DNA of 64,000 bases from Macrostomum hystrix (Eukaryota > Animalia > Platyhelminthes), in assembly GCA_950097015.1 (NCBI GenBank), contig CATNEN010000007.1:5704001-5768000 (forward strand). Direction: 5' to 3'. The position numbers and the translations under genes were made by a program. This document shows positions 25,652-38,600 of the stretch, piece by piece. The notes under the pieces are model-generated. The model did not search any database, was not told the origin of the DNA, and saw only the letters and a list, made by a program, of their open reading frames with translations. Position 1 is the stretch's first letter. Every line of letters starts with the position of its first letter.

Positions 25652-25918
25652 ATGCTGCGCTCAGCTTGTCTCCTGTGCCTCCTGCTGCTGGGCCTGTGCG
25701 GCGGCAGCTCCGGTATCACCCTGAAAGAGGCGATGCAGGACCAGGCCAGGTATGTTCACTACGACCAGAGCGAGTTTCGCATCTGGGTGCACGCCCTGGT
25801 TTCTCTGGCCATCCTGTACGGTATCCTGGCCTGCATCTGGGGCTTCGTGACCGCTTTCATGAAGATCACTGGCCGTACCAGGCAGCGGCGCAGCTACGAT
25901 AAGGAGACCACCAGCTAG
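25652..25918 (+). CDS. 88-aa type I membrane microprotein (signal peptide, short ectodomain, TM, basic cytoplasmic tail)
   Basis: MLRSACLLCLLLLGLCGGSSG signal-like segment, TM IWVHALVSLAILYGILACIWGFVTAFM, then basic KITGRTRQRR. Strong GC3 bias like the other host exons. CATAAAAG TATA-like box at about 25524. Confidence 0.72.
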   Translation: MLRSACLLCLLLLGLCGGSSGITLKEAMQDQARYVHYDQSEFRIWVHALVSLAILYGILACIWGFVTAFMKITGRTRQRRSYDKETTS

Positions 25919-27134
25919 ATATTTTCTAGGAAACACAGGCGCTCTTCTCAATTTTTAAACTGGCGCCAAGAAAATAGAAGTAACGAAAATCCAATCAGAT
26001 TAAAGGTATACCGATAGCGAATCAAATTATTCAGAAAGAAAGAACAACTGGCGCAAGTTGGAAATGTAAGTAGCGCATGGAAACTGGGCTGACAGAAAAC
26101 TCGGAGTCTTCTTTTGTTATTTTAATGTCACGCATTCAAACAAAGTTGCTTTATTGATCAACCATCAGCGTGCATGGCTTATACTGAATTATTTTTAATT
26201 AAAAACAATTTACGAGTTCTATACGATTGTTTATATCACTGTTTTATTCAATGAAGTTTTAAAGAATATTTGGATGTAATCTGTTTCGTATCATATTTCG
26301 TTTTAATCACCTGTCTCATTTTTTAATGGAAGCGCTTTGCTAAGATTTCTCAACAAACTCTCTAAATAATTGATTTTAGTTTTTCGTGTTTTTGTGTAAC
26401 TAGTACCACACCGATAGCCCAATAGCAGCAATTGCATTCTGTGTTTTATCACGGCTAAGCTTTAGATATTATAAGCTTGGTTATTTAAATTTTGCAACAA
26501 CTAATAAAATTGCATCTTCTGTGTGAGTAAAAACATTTCCTAGAAAAGCTTTTTTCGATGAGATCTGACCGTCTTAGGTCTCTTCATTGATTTCTTCATT
26601 TTACTTTACTTTCGTTTGTCATGAGCTAAGTGTACCTCGTACAATAAATACATGAACTCTTCTACTATGAGTAGCGAATGAACGAAAAAAGTTTCAACGA
26701 GGAAAATATTTAATTTACGAAAATTGACGAGTATTGGCGAGTGAAAAACTCATTTTAATCGTTTATCCAGACGAAAACAGTTCAGAGACAGAGACAGAAA
26801 GTAGGAGTTTACTTTCTAGATTGATTGCAATCGTAAACATAAAGTTAAATAAAAATGAATGCAGCGTGATATTTACATGGCACATTCTACTGGCATGTGG
26901 AGTCGCCATTCTCAGCTATAGCACACAGTTGATAATCCTTGAACAAAAATTCGATAAGGAGTTGCTCGCCTTTGTTATATTAGATGAGCTGAATGGTTTA
27001 GGACAAAGGAAAAGTAGGCGTTCACGCTAGAAATATTTTTTAAAGCAAATAACACTTGCAGGCCAAAAGCATAGCCAACTGATTGCAAAATGACTATCAG
27101 ATGTAGCATCGTTTAGCCAGTGTTTCCCCAGCCA

Positions 27135-30100
27135 CTCACTAATCCTACCGGTCACTCTTATATCCGGTCAAACGAAATGCCACCAGTCACACCATAATCC
27201 CACACGTCAGTCTAAAATACGACCCGTCACTATCAAATCCCACCAGTCACTCTCAAATCCCACCGGCCACTATGAAATCCCAGCGGCCACTCTGAAATCC
27301 CTCCGGTCACTTTGAAATCCCATCAGTCAATCTCGAATCCCACCGGTCACTCTGAAATCCCACCGGCAACTCTGAAATCCCCCCGGTCACTCTGAAATCC
27401 CACCAGTCACTCTCAAATCCCACCGGCAACTCTGAAATCCCCCCGGTCACTCTGAAATCCCACCAGTCACTTTGAAATCCCATCAGTCAATCTCGAATCC
27501 CACCGGTCACTCTGAAATCCCACCGGCAACTCTGAAATCCCCCCGGTCACTCTGAAATCCCACCAGTCACTCTCAAATCCCACCGGCAACTCTGAAATCC
27601 CCCCGGTCACTCTGAAATCCCACCAGTCACTCTCAAATCCCATCGGCAACTCTGAAATCCCAAAGGCAACTCTGAAGTCCCACCGGCAACTCTGAAATCC
27701 CACCGGCCACTCTGAAATCCCTCCGGTCACTTTGAAATCCGATCAGTCAATCTCGAATCCCACCGGTCACTCTGCAATCCCACCGGCAACTCTGAAATCC
27801 CCCCGGTCACTCTGAAATCCCACCAGTCACTCTCAAATCCCACCGGCAACTCTGAAATCCCAAAGGCAACTCTGAAATCCCACCGGCAACCCTGAAATCC
27901 CACCGGCCACTCTGAAATCCCTCCGGTCACTTTGAAATCCGATCAGTCAATCTCGAATCCCACCGGTCACTCTGCAATCCCACCGGCAACTCTGAAATCC
28001 CACCAGTCACTCTCAAATCCCACCGGCAACTCTGAAATCCCAAAGGCAACTCTGAAATCCCACCGGCAACTCTGAAATCCCACCGGCCACTCTGAAATCC
28101 CTCCGGTCACTTTGAAATCCGATCAGTCAATCTCGAATCCCACCGGTCACTCTGCAATCCCACCGGCAACTCTGAAATCCCCCGGTCACTCTGAAATCCC
28201 ACCAGTCACTCTCAAATCCCACCGGCAACTCTGAAATCCCAAAGGCAACTCTGAAATCCCACCGGCAACTCTGAAATCCCACCGGCCACTCTGAAATCCC
28301 TCCGGTCACTTTGAAATCCGATCAGTCAATCTCGAATCCCACCGGTCACTCTGCAATCCCACCGGCAACTCTGAAATCCCACCAGTCACTCTCAAATCCC
28401 ACCGGCAACTCTGAAATCCCAAAGGCAACTCTGAAATCCCACCGGCAACTCTGAAATCCCACCGGCCACTCTGAAATCCCTCCGGTCACTTTGAAATCCG
28501 ATCAGTCAATCTCGAATCCCACCGGTCACTCTGCAATCCCACCGGCAACTCTGAAATCCCCCGGTCACTCTGAAATCCCACCAGTCACTCTCAAATCCCA
28601 CCGGCAACTCTGAAATCCCAAAGGCAACTCTGAAATCCCACCGGCAACTCTGAAATCCCACCGGCCACTCTGAAATCCCTCCGGTCACTTTGAAATCCGA
28701 TCAGTCAATCTCGAATCCCACCGGTCACTCTGCAATCCCACCGGCAACTCTGAAATCCCACCAGTCACTCTCAAATCCCACCGGCAACTCTGAAATCCCA
28801 AAGGCAACTCTGAAATCCCACCGGCAACTCTGAAATCCCACCGGCCACTCTGAAATCCCTCCGGTCACTTTGAAATCCGATCAGTCAATCTCGAATCCCA
28901 CCGGTCACTCTGCAATCCCACCGGCAACTCTGAAATCCCCCGGTCACTCTGAAATCCCACCAGTCACTCTCAAATCCCACCGGCAACTCTGAAATCCCAC
29001 CAGTCACTCTCAAATCCCACCGGCAACTCTGAAATCCCAAAGGCAACTCTGAAATCCCACCGGCAACTCTGAAATCCCACCGGCCACTCTGAAATCCCTC
29101 CGGTCACTTTGAAATCCGATCAGTCAATCTCGAATCCCACCGGTCACTCTGCAATCCCACCGGCAACTCTGAAATCCCCCCGGTCACTCTGAAATCCCAC
29201 CAGTCACTCTCAAATCCCACCGGCAACTCTGAAATCCCAAAGGCAACTCTGAAATCCCACCGGCAACTCTGAAATCCCAAAGGCAACTCTGAAATCCCAC
29301 CGGCAACTCTGAAATCCCACCGGCCACTCTGAAATCCCTCCGGTCACTTTGAAATCCGATCAGTCAATCTCGAATCCCACCGGTCACTCTGCAATCCCAC
29401 CGGCAACTCTGAAATCCCACCAGTCACTCTCAAATCCCACCGGCAACTCTGAAATCCCAAAGGCAACTCTGAAATCCCACCGGCCACTCTGAAATCCCTC
29501 CGGTCACTTTGAAATCCGATCAGTCAATCTCGAATCCCACCGGTCACTCTGCAATCCCACCGGCAACTCTGAAATCCCCCCGGTCACTCTGAAATCCCAC
29601 CAGTCACTCTCAAATCCCACCGGCAACTCTGAAATCCCAAAGGCAACTCTGAAATCCCACCGGCAACTCTGAAATCCCACCGGCCACTCTGAAATCCCTC
29701 CGGTCACTTTGAAATCCGATCAGTCAATCTCGAATCCCACCGGTCACTCTGCAATCCCACCGGCAACTCTGAAATCCCCCCGGTCACTCTGAAATCCCAC
29801 CAGTCACTCTCAAATCCCACCGGCAACTCTGAAATCCCAAAGGCAACTCTGAAATCCCACCGGCAACCCTGAAATCCCACCGGCCACTCTGAAATCCCAC
29901 CGGCCACTCTGAAATCCCACCGGCAACTCTGAAATCCCAAAGGCAACTCTGAAATCCCACCGGCAACTCTGAAATCCCACCGGCCACTCTGAAATCCCTC
30001 CGGTCACTTTGAAATCCGATCAGTCAATCTCGAATCCCACCGGTCACTCTGCAATCCCACCGGCAACTCTGAAATCCCCCCGGTCACTCTGAAATCCCAC

Positions 30101-30900
30101 CAGTCACTCTCAAATCCCACCGGCAACTCTGAAATCCCAAAGGCAACTCTGAAATCCCACCGGCAACTCTGAAATCCCACCGGCCACTCTGAAATCCCTC
30201 CGGTCACTTTGAAATCCGATCAGTCAATCTCGAATCCCACCGGTCACTCTGCAATCCCACCGGCAACTCTGAAATCCCACCAGTCACTCTCAAATCCCAC
30301 CGGCAACTCTGAAATCCCAAAGGCAACTCTGAAATCCCACCGGCCACTCTGAAATCCCTCCGGTCACTTTGAAATCCGATCAGTCAATCTCGAATCCCAC
30401 CGGTCACTCTGCAATCCCACCGGCAACTCTGAAATCCCCCCGGTCACTCTGAAATCCCACCAGTCACTCTCAAATCCCACCGGCAACTCTGAAATCCCAA
30501 AGGCAACTCTGAAATCCCACCGGCAACTCTGAAATCCCACCGGCCACTCTGAAATCCCTCCGGTCACTTTGAAATCCGATCAGTCAATCTCGAATCCCAC
30601 CGGTCACTCTGCAATCCCACCGGCAACTCTGAAATCCCCCCGGTCACTCTGAAATCCCACCAGTCACTCTCAAATCCCACCGGCAACTCTGAAATCCCAA
30701 AGGCAACTCTGAAATCCCACCGGCAACCCTGAAATCCCACCGGCCACTCTGAAATCCCACCGGCCACTCTGAAATCCCACCGGCAACTCTGAAATCCCAA
30801 AGGCAACTCTGAAATCCCACCGGCAACTCTGAAATCCCACCGGCCACTCTGAAATCCTACCAGTAACTCTGAAATCCCACCAGTCACTCTGAAATCCCAC
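27135..30900. repeat. 20-bp satellite (TCTGAAATCCCACCGGCAAC)n with higher-order repeats, about 3.7 kb
   Basis: Monomer variants recur in fixed order. The marker dimer TTTGAAATCCGATCAGTCAA-TCTCGAATCC recurs every 160-300 bp. Confidence 0.97.
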
Positions 30901-30965
30901 CTGAAACTTCTCAGCTGTGTCAGCTGACAGGCGATTAAATAATTTCGGGACATCCTTCTTTTACT

Positions 30966-33159
30966 TCACTCAACTGGGACATCCGTCGAATTTAAAGGCT
31001 GCATTTCGACGGTCTTCTTATCGACTCCGCCGCCGCTGTGCGCGGTGCTAGACTGTCGCTGCTGCATCAGAGATCTGGCGTAGACGCCAGGTCGGTGCCG
31101 GCGCTGATTGCGCGCCAGAAGCTCCCTGGCTTGACGCACCGGCGCCCAGCTGATGGAGTCGCCCTTGATACACCGGCCGGAAATGCAGACAACCGCGCCG
31201 GCGAAGGCCACCCGCTGCCTGAAGGAGCCAACACAGGTTAGGTAGACCCAGAAGCTGGCGGCAAAGCTGGCGTCCTGCACGGAGTCCAGCAGTTTGGTCA
31301 GCTGTGCTAGGTAGCGGCAGCGGCAGCTGTCCCTTGGCGCGCACAGGCCACAGTTGGCCCGCATCACTATGGCAACGCACAGCGGTGCGGCCAGCAGGCA
31401 GCTGGCGAGGGACAGCGCCAGGTTGGCGTAGTAGCGGGACAGGTCCATCCGGTGCGAGTCGCGCGAGGCGGTCGAGTCCGACGGCGACAGCAGCTCACAG
31501 CGGCGTCGGCGGGCGCGAAGTAGCAGGCTAAGGAGCGCGGCGCTGAGGGCCACCTGCAGGGCGATGCAGATGAAAGGTGCGATTCCATAGTTCTAGTGTA
31601 GGGGTCGGCAAACTCCGGCCCTCGAAGCTCCCAAATCCGGCCAGTTGCCCCTTACAACACCTATATTATCCTGTCTCATCTCTCCCATGTGTCATCTGTG
31701 CTGTCTTATCTCTCCCATGTGTCATCTGTGCTGTGTCTCATCTCTCCCATGTGTCATCTGTGCTGTGTCTCATCTCTCCCATGTGTCATCTGTGCTGTGT
31801 CTCATCTCTCCCATGTGTCATCTGTGCTGTGTCTCATCTCTCCCATGTGTCATCTGTGCTGTGTCTTATCTCTCTCCCGTCTCCTCTCTCCCTTGTCTCA
31901 TCTCTCCCCTTTATCATATTCCTACCGTTAATGCGGCCCGCCGTCATCTTTTAGGTTCTCTCCGTGGCCCGCACGCTAATAATTTTGTCGAACCCAGTTC
32001 TAGTGGCAGTCACAGGTAGCTAGTGCCATTTTCTAATTCTATACTATTACAGTCACAGGTAGCTAGTGCCATTTTCTAATTCTATACTATCACAGTCACA
32101 GGTAGCTAGTGACATTTTCTAATTCTATACTATTACAGTCACAGGTAGCTAGTGCCATTTTCTAATTCTATACTATCACAGTCACAGGTAGCTAGTGCCA
32201 TTTTCTAATTCTATACTATCACAGTTACAGGTAGCTAGTGCCATTTTCTAACTATATACTAGTACAGTTACAGGTAGCTAGTGCCATTTTCTAACTATAT
32301 ACTAGTATTACTAGTACAGTTACAGGTAGCTAGTGCCATTTTCTAACTATATACTAGTATTACTAGTACAGTTACAGGTAGCTAGTGCCATTTTCTAACT
32401 ATATACTAGTACAGTTACAGGTAGCTAGTGTCAGTTGGCACGGAGCACCCGAAAAATCTGAAAATCGCCAGCCGGTCTAACCTGCAGCACAAACGGCACC
32501 ACGAAGATGCCGAATCCCTTGTAGTAGATAGCAAAGTTGGCCAGCCTGGACTGGGTGGTGGCATTGCAGGACACCGACACGTGGCAGACCCGCAGCAGGC
32601 GCGGCTCCGCTGAGACAGCCGCGTCAGGCGGCACGTGCCAGTCTTCATTGACGTCGTAGACGGCTGCCACCGGCGCCGTTAAAGCCAGGCCTGCCAGGCA
32701 GATGGCCAGCACGGTGAAGGCGGTCTCGCGGATGCAGCCTCGGGCGGCGAAGCGCAGCGGCCGCCAGACACCCAGTAGGCGATCAACTGTGAAAGCCAAC
32801 AGCAGGTGGGCTGACACGAATAGGAAATAGTTCTGCAGGAACTCCAGCAGCTTGCAGCTGGCCACGCTCACTGTGTCCAGCTTCAGCACCGCCCGGCCAG
32901 TGGCGTGCATCAGGCCGCGGCCGAGGAAGTCGTCTAGTAGGCCGCTGACTAGCAGGACGCCGGCGTCGGACACCGCCAGGGCCGAGCAGTAGATTCCGAA
33001 CCTGTTCCACCGGTTCAGCCGGGCCTCCAGGAAGAATATGACCAGGATGGCTATGTTGCCAAGGACGCCAACAAGCACAACGATCGGTGTGAAGTAGGCG
33101 CGCGTGGCGCCCACTGCGTAGCGCAGGCTGGGCTCCAATGGACAGGTCGATGATGACAT
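30966..33159 (-). CDS. Rhodopsin-class (class A) orphan peptide-type GPCR, 2 exons, 421 aa
   Basis: complement(join(30966..31553,32482..33159)), phase 0 GT/AG. TM1 GVLGN, TM2 LAVSD, TM3 Cys plus AFTVDRL..VWRPL, ECL2 Cys, TM6 CLLAAP, TM7 SFAASFWVY. Confidence 0.88.
31599..31997. mobile_element. Non-autonomous hAT-type MITE in the GPCR intron
   Basis: 8-bp TSD TTCTAGTG at 31591-31598 and 31998-32005. Ends TAGGGGTCGGCAAACT / AATTTTGTCGAACCCAG resemble hAT CAGGGGTCGGCAAAC TIRs. Subterminal CGGCCC/GGCCCG motifs. Confidence 0.75.
31670..31920. repeat. 32-bp minisatellite (TGTCTCATCTCTCCCATGTGTCATCTGTGCTG)n inside the MITE
   Basis: About 6-7 copies. Confidence 0.92.
32008..32430. repeat. About 43-bp intronic minisatellite (ACAGTCACAGGTAGCTAGTGCCATTTTCTAATTCTATACTATT)n
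   Basis: About 9 copies. Confidence 0.93.
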
Positions 33160-33981
33160 GTCTTCCTGTCTCCGTCTAGCAGTCTAATAGTATTCAATTT
33201 AACATCCCTTTGCGCATTTGCTAAATAAAGAAAAAAGTTGTGAAACTAATATGTGTTAGCATTAAGTGGCCTAAGCCTAACTCTGACGTGGTCACACTAG
33301 ACTAGTGGAAAGGGACAGCTAGAGCCCTATCCGTCAGTGACTCGCTTGCTACTGAAACGGCAGGGTCGGTGCGCTTAGACCGCACTTAGATAGATAAGGA
33401 CGCACCCCTCCCCCGTCCCATGCAGGCTATGGGCGCTTTCACTACCCTGCCCTCAATGTACATGCAACCCTAGATAATTGTACATTCCGCACTGTACACT
33501 GGTGTGTGGCTGGTTCTGTCTATGAACGTACGGAAAAGGATTGGTCGCGTGGTCCGTTCATGATCTTGGTTCATAATAGGAGGATTTTAGCATAATTCAG
33601 CACTGAATGAGTCAGCCCGAATTTTAGCGACGTCAATAAAATTTCCTACTTCCATGAACATTTTGGATGTTACGAGCTAAAAGGCGGCAGTTGTTTATGC
33701 ATGGCATGTTGCAAACATGCACTGCACTGCATACACTCGGCTTCAGAACAGCACATATATCAGATCAGAACATATACCAGCAATGCGAGTGTATATACGG
33801 TGAATTGTAGCCAAGCGCAAATGCGGAAACGATACTTTAATCCATATATAGTCAATAAAGTTTCGTTCGGTAAATTATTAATAACAGTAAATTACTAGCC
33901 ATTTAGACCCTCAGGGTGGCACAAACAGTCCTTTCCACTGGTAACAAATAGATAGACAAACACCCTTGGCCGGTTGTAAAA

Positions 33982-35160
33982 TGCCCCCACCCCCAGCAAC
34001 AGAGAACTAATGCCCTCCAGCAAAGAACTAATTGCCCCCCAACAACAGAGAACTAATTGCCCACCCAGCAACAGAGAACTAATTGCCCACCCAGCAACAG
34101 AGAACTAATTGCCCACCCAGCAACAGAGAACTAATTGCCCACCCAGAAACAACTAATACCCCTCAGCAAAGAGAACTTGTGCCCCCCAGCAACAGAGAAC
34201 TAATGCCCCCACCCCAGCAACAGAGAACTAATTGCCCACCAAGCAACAGAGAACTAATTGCCCACCCAGCAACAGAGAACTAATTGCCCACCCAGCAACA
34301 GAGAACTAATTGCCCACCCAGCAACAGAGAACTAATTGCCCACCCAGAAACAACTAATACCCCTCAGCAAAGAGAACTTGTGCCCCCTAGCAACAGAGAA
34401 CTAATGCCCCCCCAGCAACAGAGAACTAATTGCCCACCAAGCAACAGAGAACTAATGCCCCCCAGCAACAGAGAACTAATGCCCCCCAGCAACATAGAAC
34501 TAATTGCCCACCAAGCAACAGAGAACTAATTGCCCACCAAGCAACAGAGAACTAATGCCCCCCAGCAACAGAGAACTAATGCCCCCCAGCAAAGAGAACT
34601 AATGCCTCCCAGCAACAGTGAACTAATGCCCCCCCAGCAACAGAGAACTAATGCCTCCCAGCAACAGAGAACTAATGCCTCCCAGCAACAGAGAACGAGA
34701 GAAGTACCGGTAATGCCCTCCAGCAACAGAGAACTAATGCCTCCCAGCAACATAGAACTAATTGCCCACCCAGCAACAGAGAACTAATGCCCTCCAGCAA
34801 AGAGAACTAATTGCCCCCCCCCAGCAACAGAGAACTAATGCCTCCCAGCAACAGTGAACTAATGCTCTCCAGCAACAGAGAACTAATTGCCCACCAAGCA
34901 ACAGAGAACTAATGCCCTCCAGCAAAGAGAACTAATTGCCCCCCCAGCAACAGAGAACTAATGCCTCCCAGCAACAGTGAACTAATGCTCTCCAGCAAAG
35001 AGAACTAATGCCCTCCAGCAACAGAGAACTAATGCCCCCCAGCAACAGAGAACTAATGCCCCCCAGCAACAGAGAAGTAATGCCCCCCCGCAACAGAGAA
35101 GTAATGCCCCCCGCAACAGAGAAGTAATGCCCCCCGCAGCAGAGAAGTAATGCCCCCCAT
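33982..35160. repeat. About 24-bp minisatellite (CCAGCAACAGAGAACTAAT[T]GCCC[A]C)n
   Basis: Directly visible. Includes a 201-bp block duplication (34083 vs 34284). Confidence 0.95.
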
Positions 35161-35689
35161 TATTGGCAGTTTAGATTCGGAGCCTAGACATCAAACGGGA
35201 AGAGCAAATGTTTAAAAAACGTTTTCAAACAAAAACACTACTTCAAGTAGAGACATACGATTAACCATTGAAAAAGAATTTTTTCGAAATAGTTCGCTCT
35301 ACGATTTTTGTAGCGTTTTAATAATTTTATTAGTTTCATTTATATTTTTATTAATTTTATATAAAAATCCGATACACTTTGAATTCGACAGACTGAAATG
35401 CCGTGCTTAAAAAGTTAGAGTTTTAAGGAAAATAGGACTTCACTGGAATTGTTATTCGGAGGTCTACGAGAGCTTGATCAGGTTTATGTACAGTACCGAG
35501 GCTGTCATTAAAAAACAATTTTTGATTGCTTGTATTAATTAGCTAAATTAAACCATAATAGAAGCGAGAATACGTGAATACATTTTAGAACTACACATAA
35601 GGATATCACAATGGCAGCGTACAGTACTACATTGGAACAGTGTAAATTGTGTATATTAGTGCTCAAGGCCGTTTATTGAGCAATCGATT

Positions 35690-38600
35690 TCACTTTCCAA
35701 CGCTGATGTTGCCACCGTAAATGGCAAGCAGCAGGATGGCGCCAAAGCCGGTGAAGAGGCCAAGGTTCTGCAGAACGAAGATCTTTGACCTGCCCAGCTT
35801 CTGGGTTTCCGGCTCGTCCATCGAGTTGTTCATCTCCGGCATCTGCAGGATGATGAGACAGATGAGATCAGACAGGTGAGATCAGACAGGTGAGATCAGA
35901 CAGGTGAGATCAGACAGGTGAGATTAGACAGGTGAGATGAGACAGGTGATATCAGACAGGTGATATCAGACAGGTGAGATCATACAGGTGAGATTAGACA
36001 GATGAGATTAGACAGGTGATATCAGACAGGTGAGATCAGACAGGTGAGATTAGACAGGTGAGATGAGACAGGTGATATCAGACAGGTGATATCAGACAGG
36101 TGAGATCATACAGGTGAGATTAGACAGATGAGATTAGACAGGTGATATCAGACAGGTGAGATCAGACAGGTGAGATTAGACAGGTGAGATGAGACAGGTG
36201 ATATCAGACAGGTGATATCAGACAGGTGATATTAGACAGGTGAGATCATACAGGTGAGATTAGACAGGTGAGATCATACAGGTGAGATTAGACAGGTGAG
36301 ATCATACAGGTGAGATCATACAGGTGAGATCATACAGGTGAGATCATACAGGTGAGATTAGACAGGTGAGATTAGACAGGTGAGATTAGACAGGTGAGAT
36401 TAGACAGGTGAGATTAGACAGGTGAGATGGGACAGGTGAGATTAGACAGGTGAGATTAGACAGGTGAGATTAGACAGGTGAGATTAGACAGATGAGATGG
36501 GACAGGTGAGATCATACAGGTGAGATTAGACAGGTGAGATCATACAGGTGAGATCATACAGGTGAGATTAGACATGTGATATTAGACAGATGAGATCGGA
36601 CAGGTGAGATGAGACAGTTGAGATGACTGAGGTGAGACCAGACAGAGGTGAGATCAGACAGAGATGAGATGAGACAGAGGTGAGATGAGACAGAGGTGAG
36701 ATGAGACAGAGGTGAGATGAGACAGTGGTGAGATGAGACAGTGGTGAGATGAGACAGTGGTGAGATGAGACAGGCGAGATCAAGCAGGTGAGATGAGACA
36801 GTTGAGATGAGACAGAGGTGAGATGAGACAGTGGTGAGATGAGACAGAGGTGAGATGAGACAGAGGTGAGATGAGACAGAGGTGAGATGAGACAGAGGTG
36901 AGATGAGACAGAGGTGAGATGAGACAGAGGTGAGATGAGACAGTTGAGATGACTGAGGTGAGACCAGACAGAGGTGAGATGAGACAGAGGTGAGATGAGA
37001 CAGTGGTGAGATGAGACAGGCGAGATCAAGCAGGTGAGATGAGACAGTTGAGATAAGACAGAGGTGAGGTGAGACAGGTAAGATCAGACAGATGAGATGA
37101 GTCAGAGGTAAGATGAGTCAGAGCTGAGATGAGACTGAGGTGAGATGAGACAGGTAAGTAGAGACAGGTGAGATGAGGCAGATGTGACAGCAGACACAGG
37201 TTAAATGAGACATCGGGGGTGGTGAGACACGGAGAGATGAGACATGGGGGTTTCGAGATGTTGGTATCTGCGATCCCAATGAATCCCACAAGGTGTCCCC
37301 CGCAGATGCCCGCACCATGTCCACAAGGCTGATGTAGAGGAACATGCCGCAGGCGATGGCGAATACCCAGACGCTGGCGCCGGACTCTCCCAGCAGGACG
37401 CCAAGGGCGAATCCCAGGTAGCAGGTGCAGGCGGACAGCACGTTGCACAGCAGCGCCATCGGCATCGACATGCCAGCGGAAAGAAGGATGGCGAAGTCGC
37501 CGAGCTCGTGCGGCAGCTCCTCGCAAAAGACGGCGAGGCTGATGCTGATGCCGCTGAGGGTGGAGCGGCTGAAGGCCGCGCCGATGCTCAGGCCGTCGAT
37601 GAAGTTGTGCAGCGCGTCACCCAGGAGGATCATCCAGGCGACTGGTTGGATTTTGGCCAGTTTGGTTGCCATGCTCAGGCGGTTATTGGCAGTTTCACCG
37701 TTGCTGCAGCAGGCGCCGCCATTCTCAGCTGACGTCGTTGAGTCCATCGGCAGGACGGTGGCAGCGCCGTACACCGCTGGCTGAGTCGCGTCAGTGGACG
37801 CATTGCTCTCTTGCTCATCCTCGAGTGGCGCTGGTGAAATTTCGGCAGTCTTTAAGTTGGCGAGCGTGGACGACTCTCTGACGGGCGCCGCAGGCAGAGC
37901 GTGAGAATGGCCGTGACCTACACTGCCGCCCTGAGCGAAGAGGAACAGAATGAGAGTAGGAAGACCACGGGGTATTTCAAATCCCCACATTTTTTTCTGT
38001 AAATCCCAAAATATTCTACCAATCGCAATAAAACTCCAGAACAATTTTCCGCTCTATTCGATGAAACAACTTCAAGAAACACAGAGCATCGGCATCGTCG
38101 GGATATGCAACGATTCTCGTCGTTTCTGGTGGCGAAAACCAGCAATATAGGCATTTATAACCATGTCTGCTATTATTTATGTTCGAGTTATATGGACTAT
38201 ACTGTTAGTTTTTTATCGTTTAACTAATGTAGGAATAATATATGTATAATTTGGAAATATGGTATGTATCCCCCGTAATTGCAACGGGCAAACTATCAAA
38301 AAGTCAAGGGGAACTACTCGTAAAGTACTAAAGAACTAGAAACTAACTACTTGTAGTTTTTATTAGTCTATGGTTGTTGTCTCGAGTTTATCAGCCCGCA
38401 GGGCAGCGGGAAATAAATGATTTATTCACCTAGGGAAATAAATGAAAGCATGCGTTACATAGACACTCGCCCGGGGCAAAAGGGGAATACATCGCTGCTG
38501 CGTGCTTTAATGGTCTTGGTCACGAGTGCGCTACGCTACACTGTGCGCTCACCGTGAGTGCAGCGCGAGTGCAGCGCACGAGTTCTGAACTATGCAGCTG

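Noticed and set aside
27467-30953. Many short minus-strand ORFs (GGISELPVGFQS...)
   Set aside because: By-products of the 20-bp satellite.
34083-37029. ORFs of PQQQRTN / LISPLSHL repeats
   Set aside because: Minisatellite translations.
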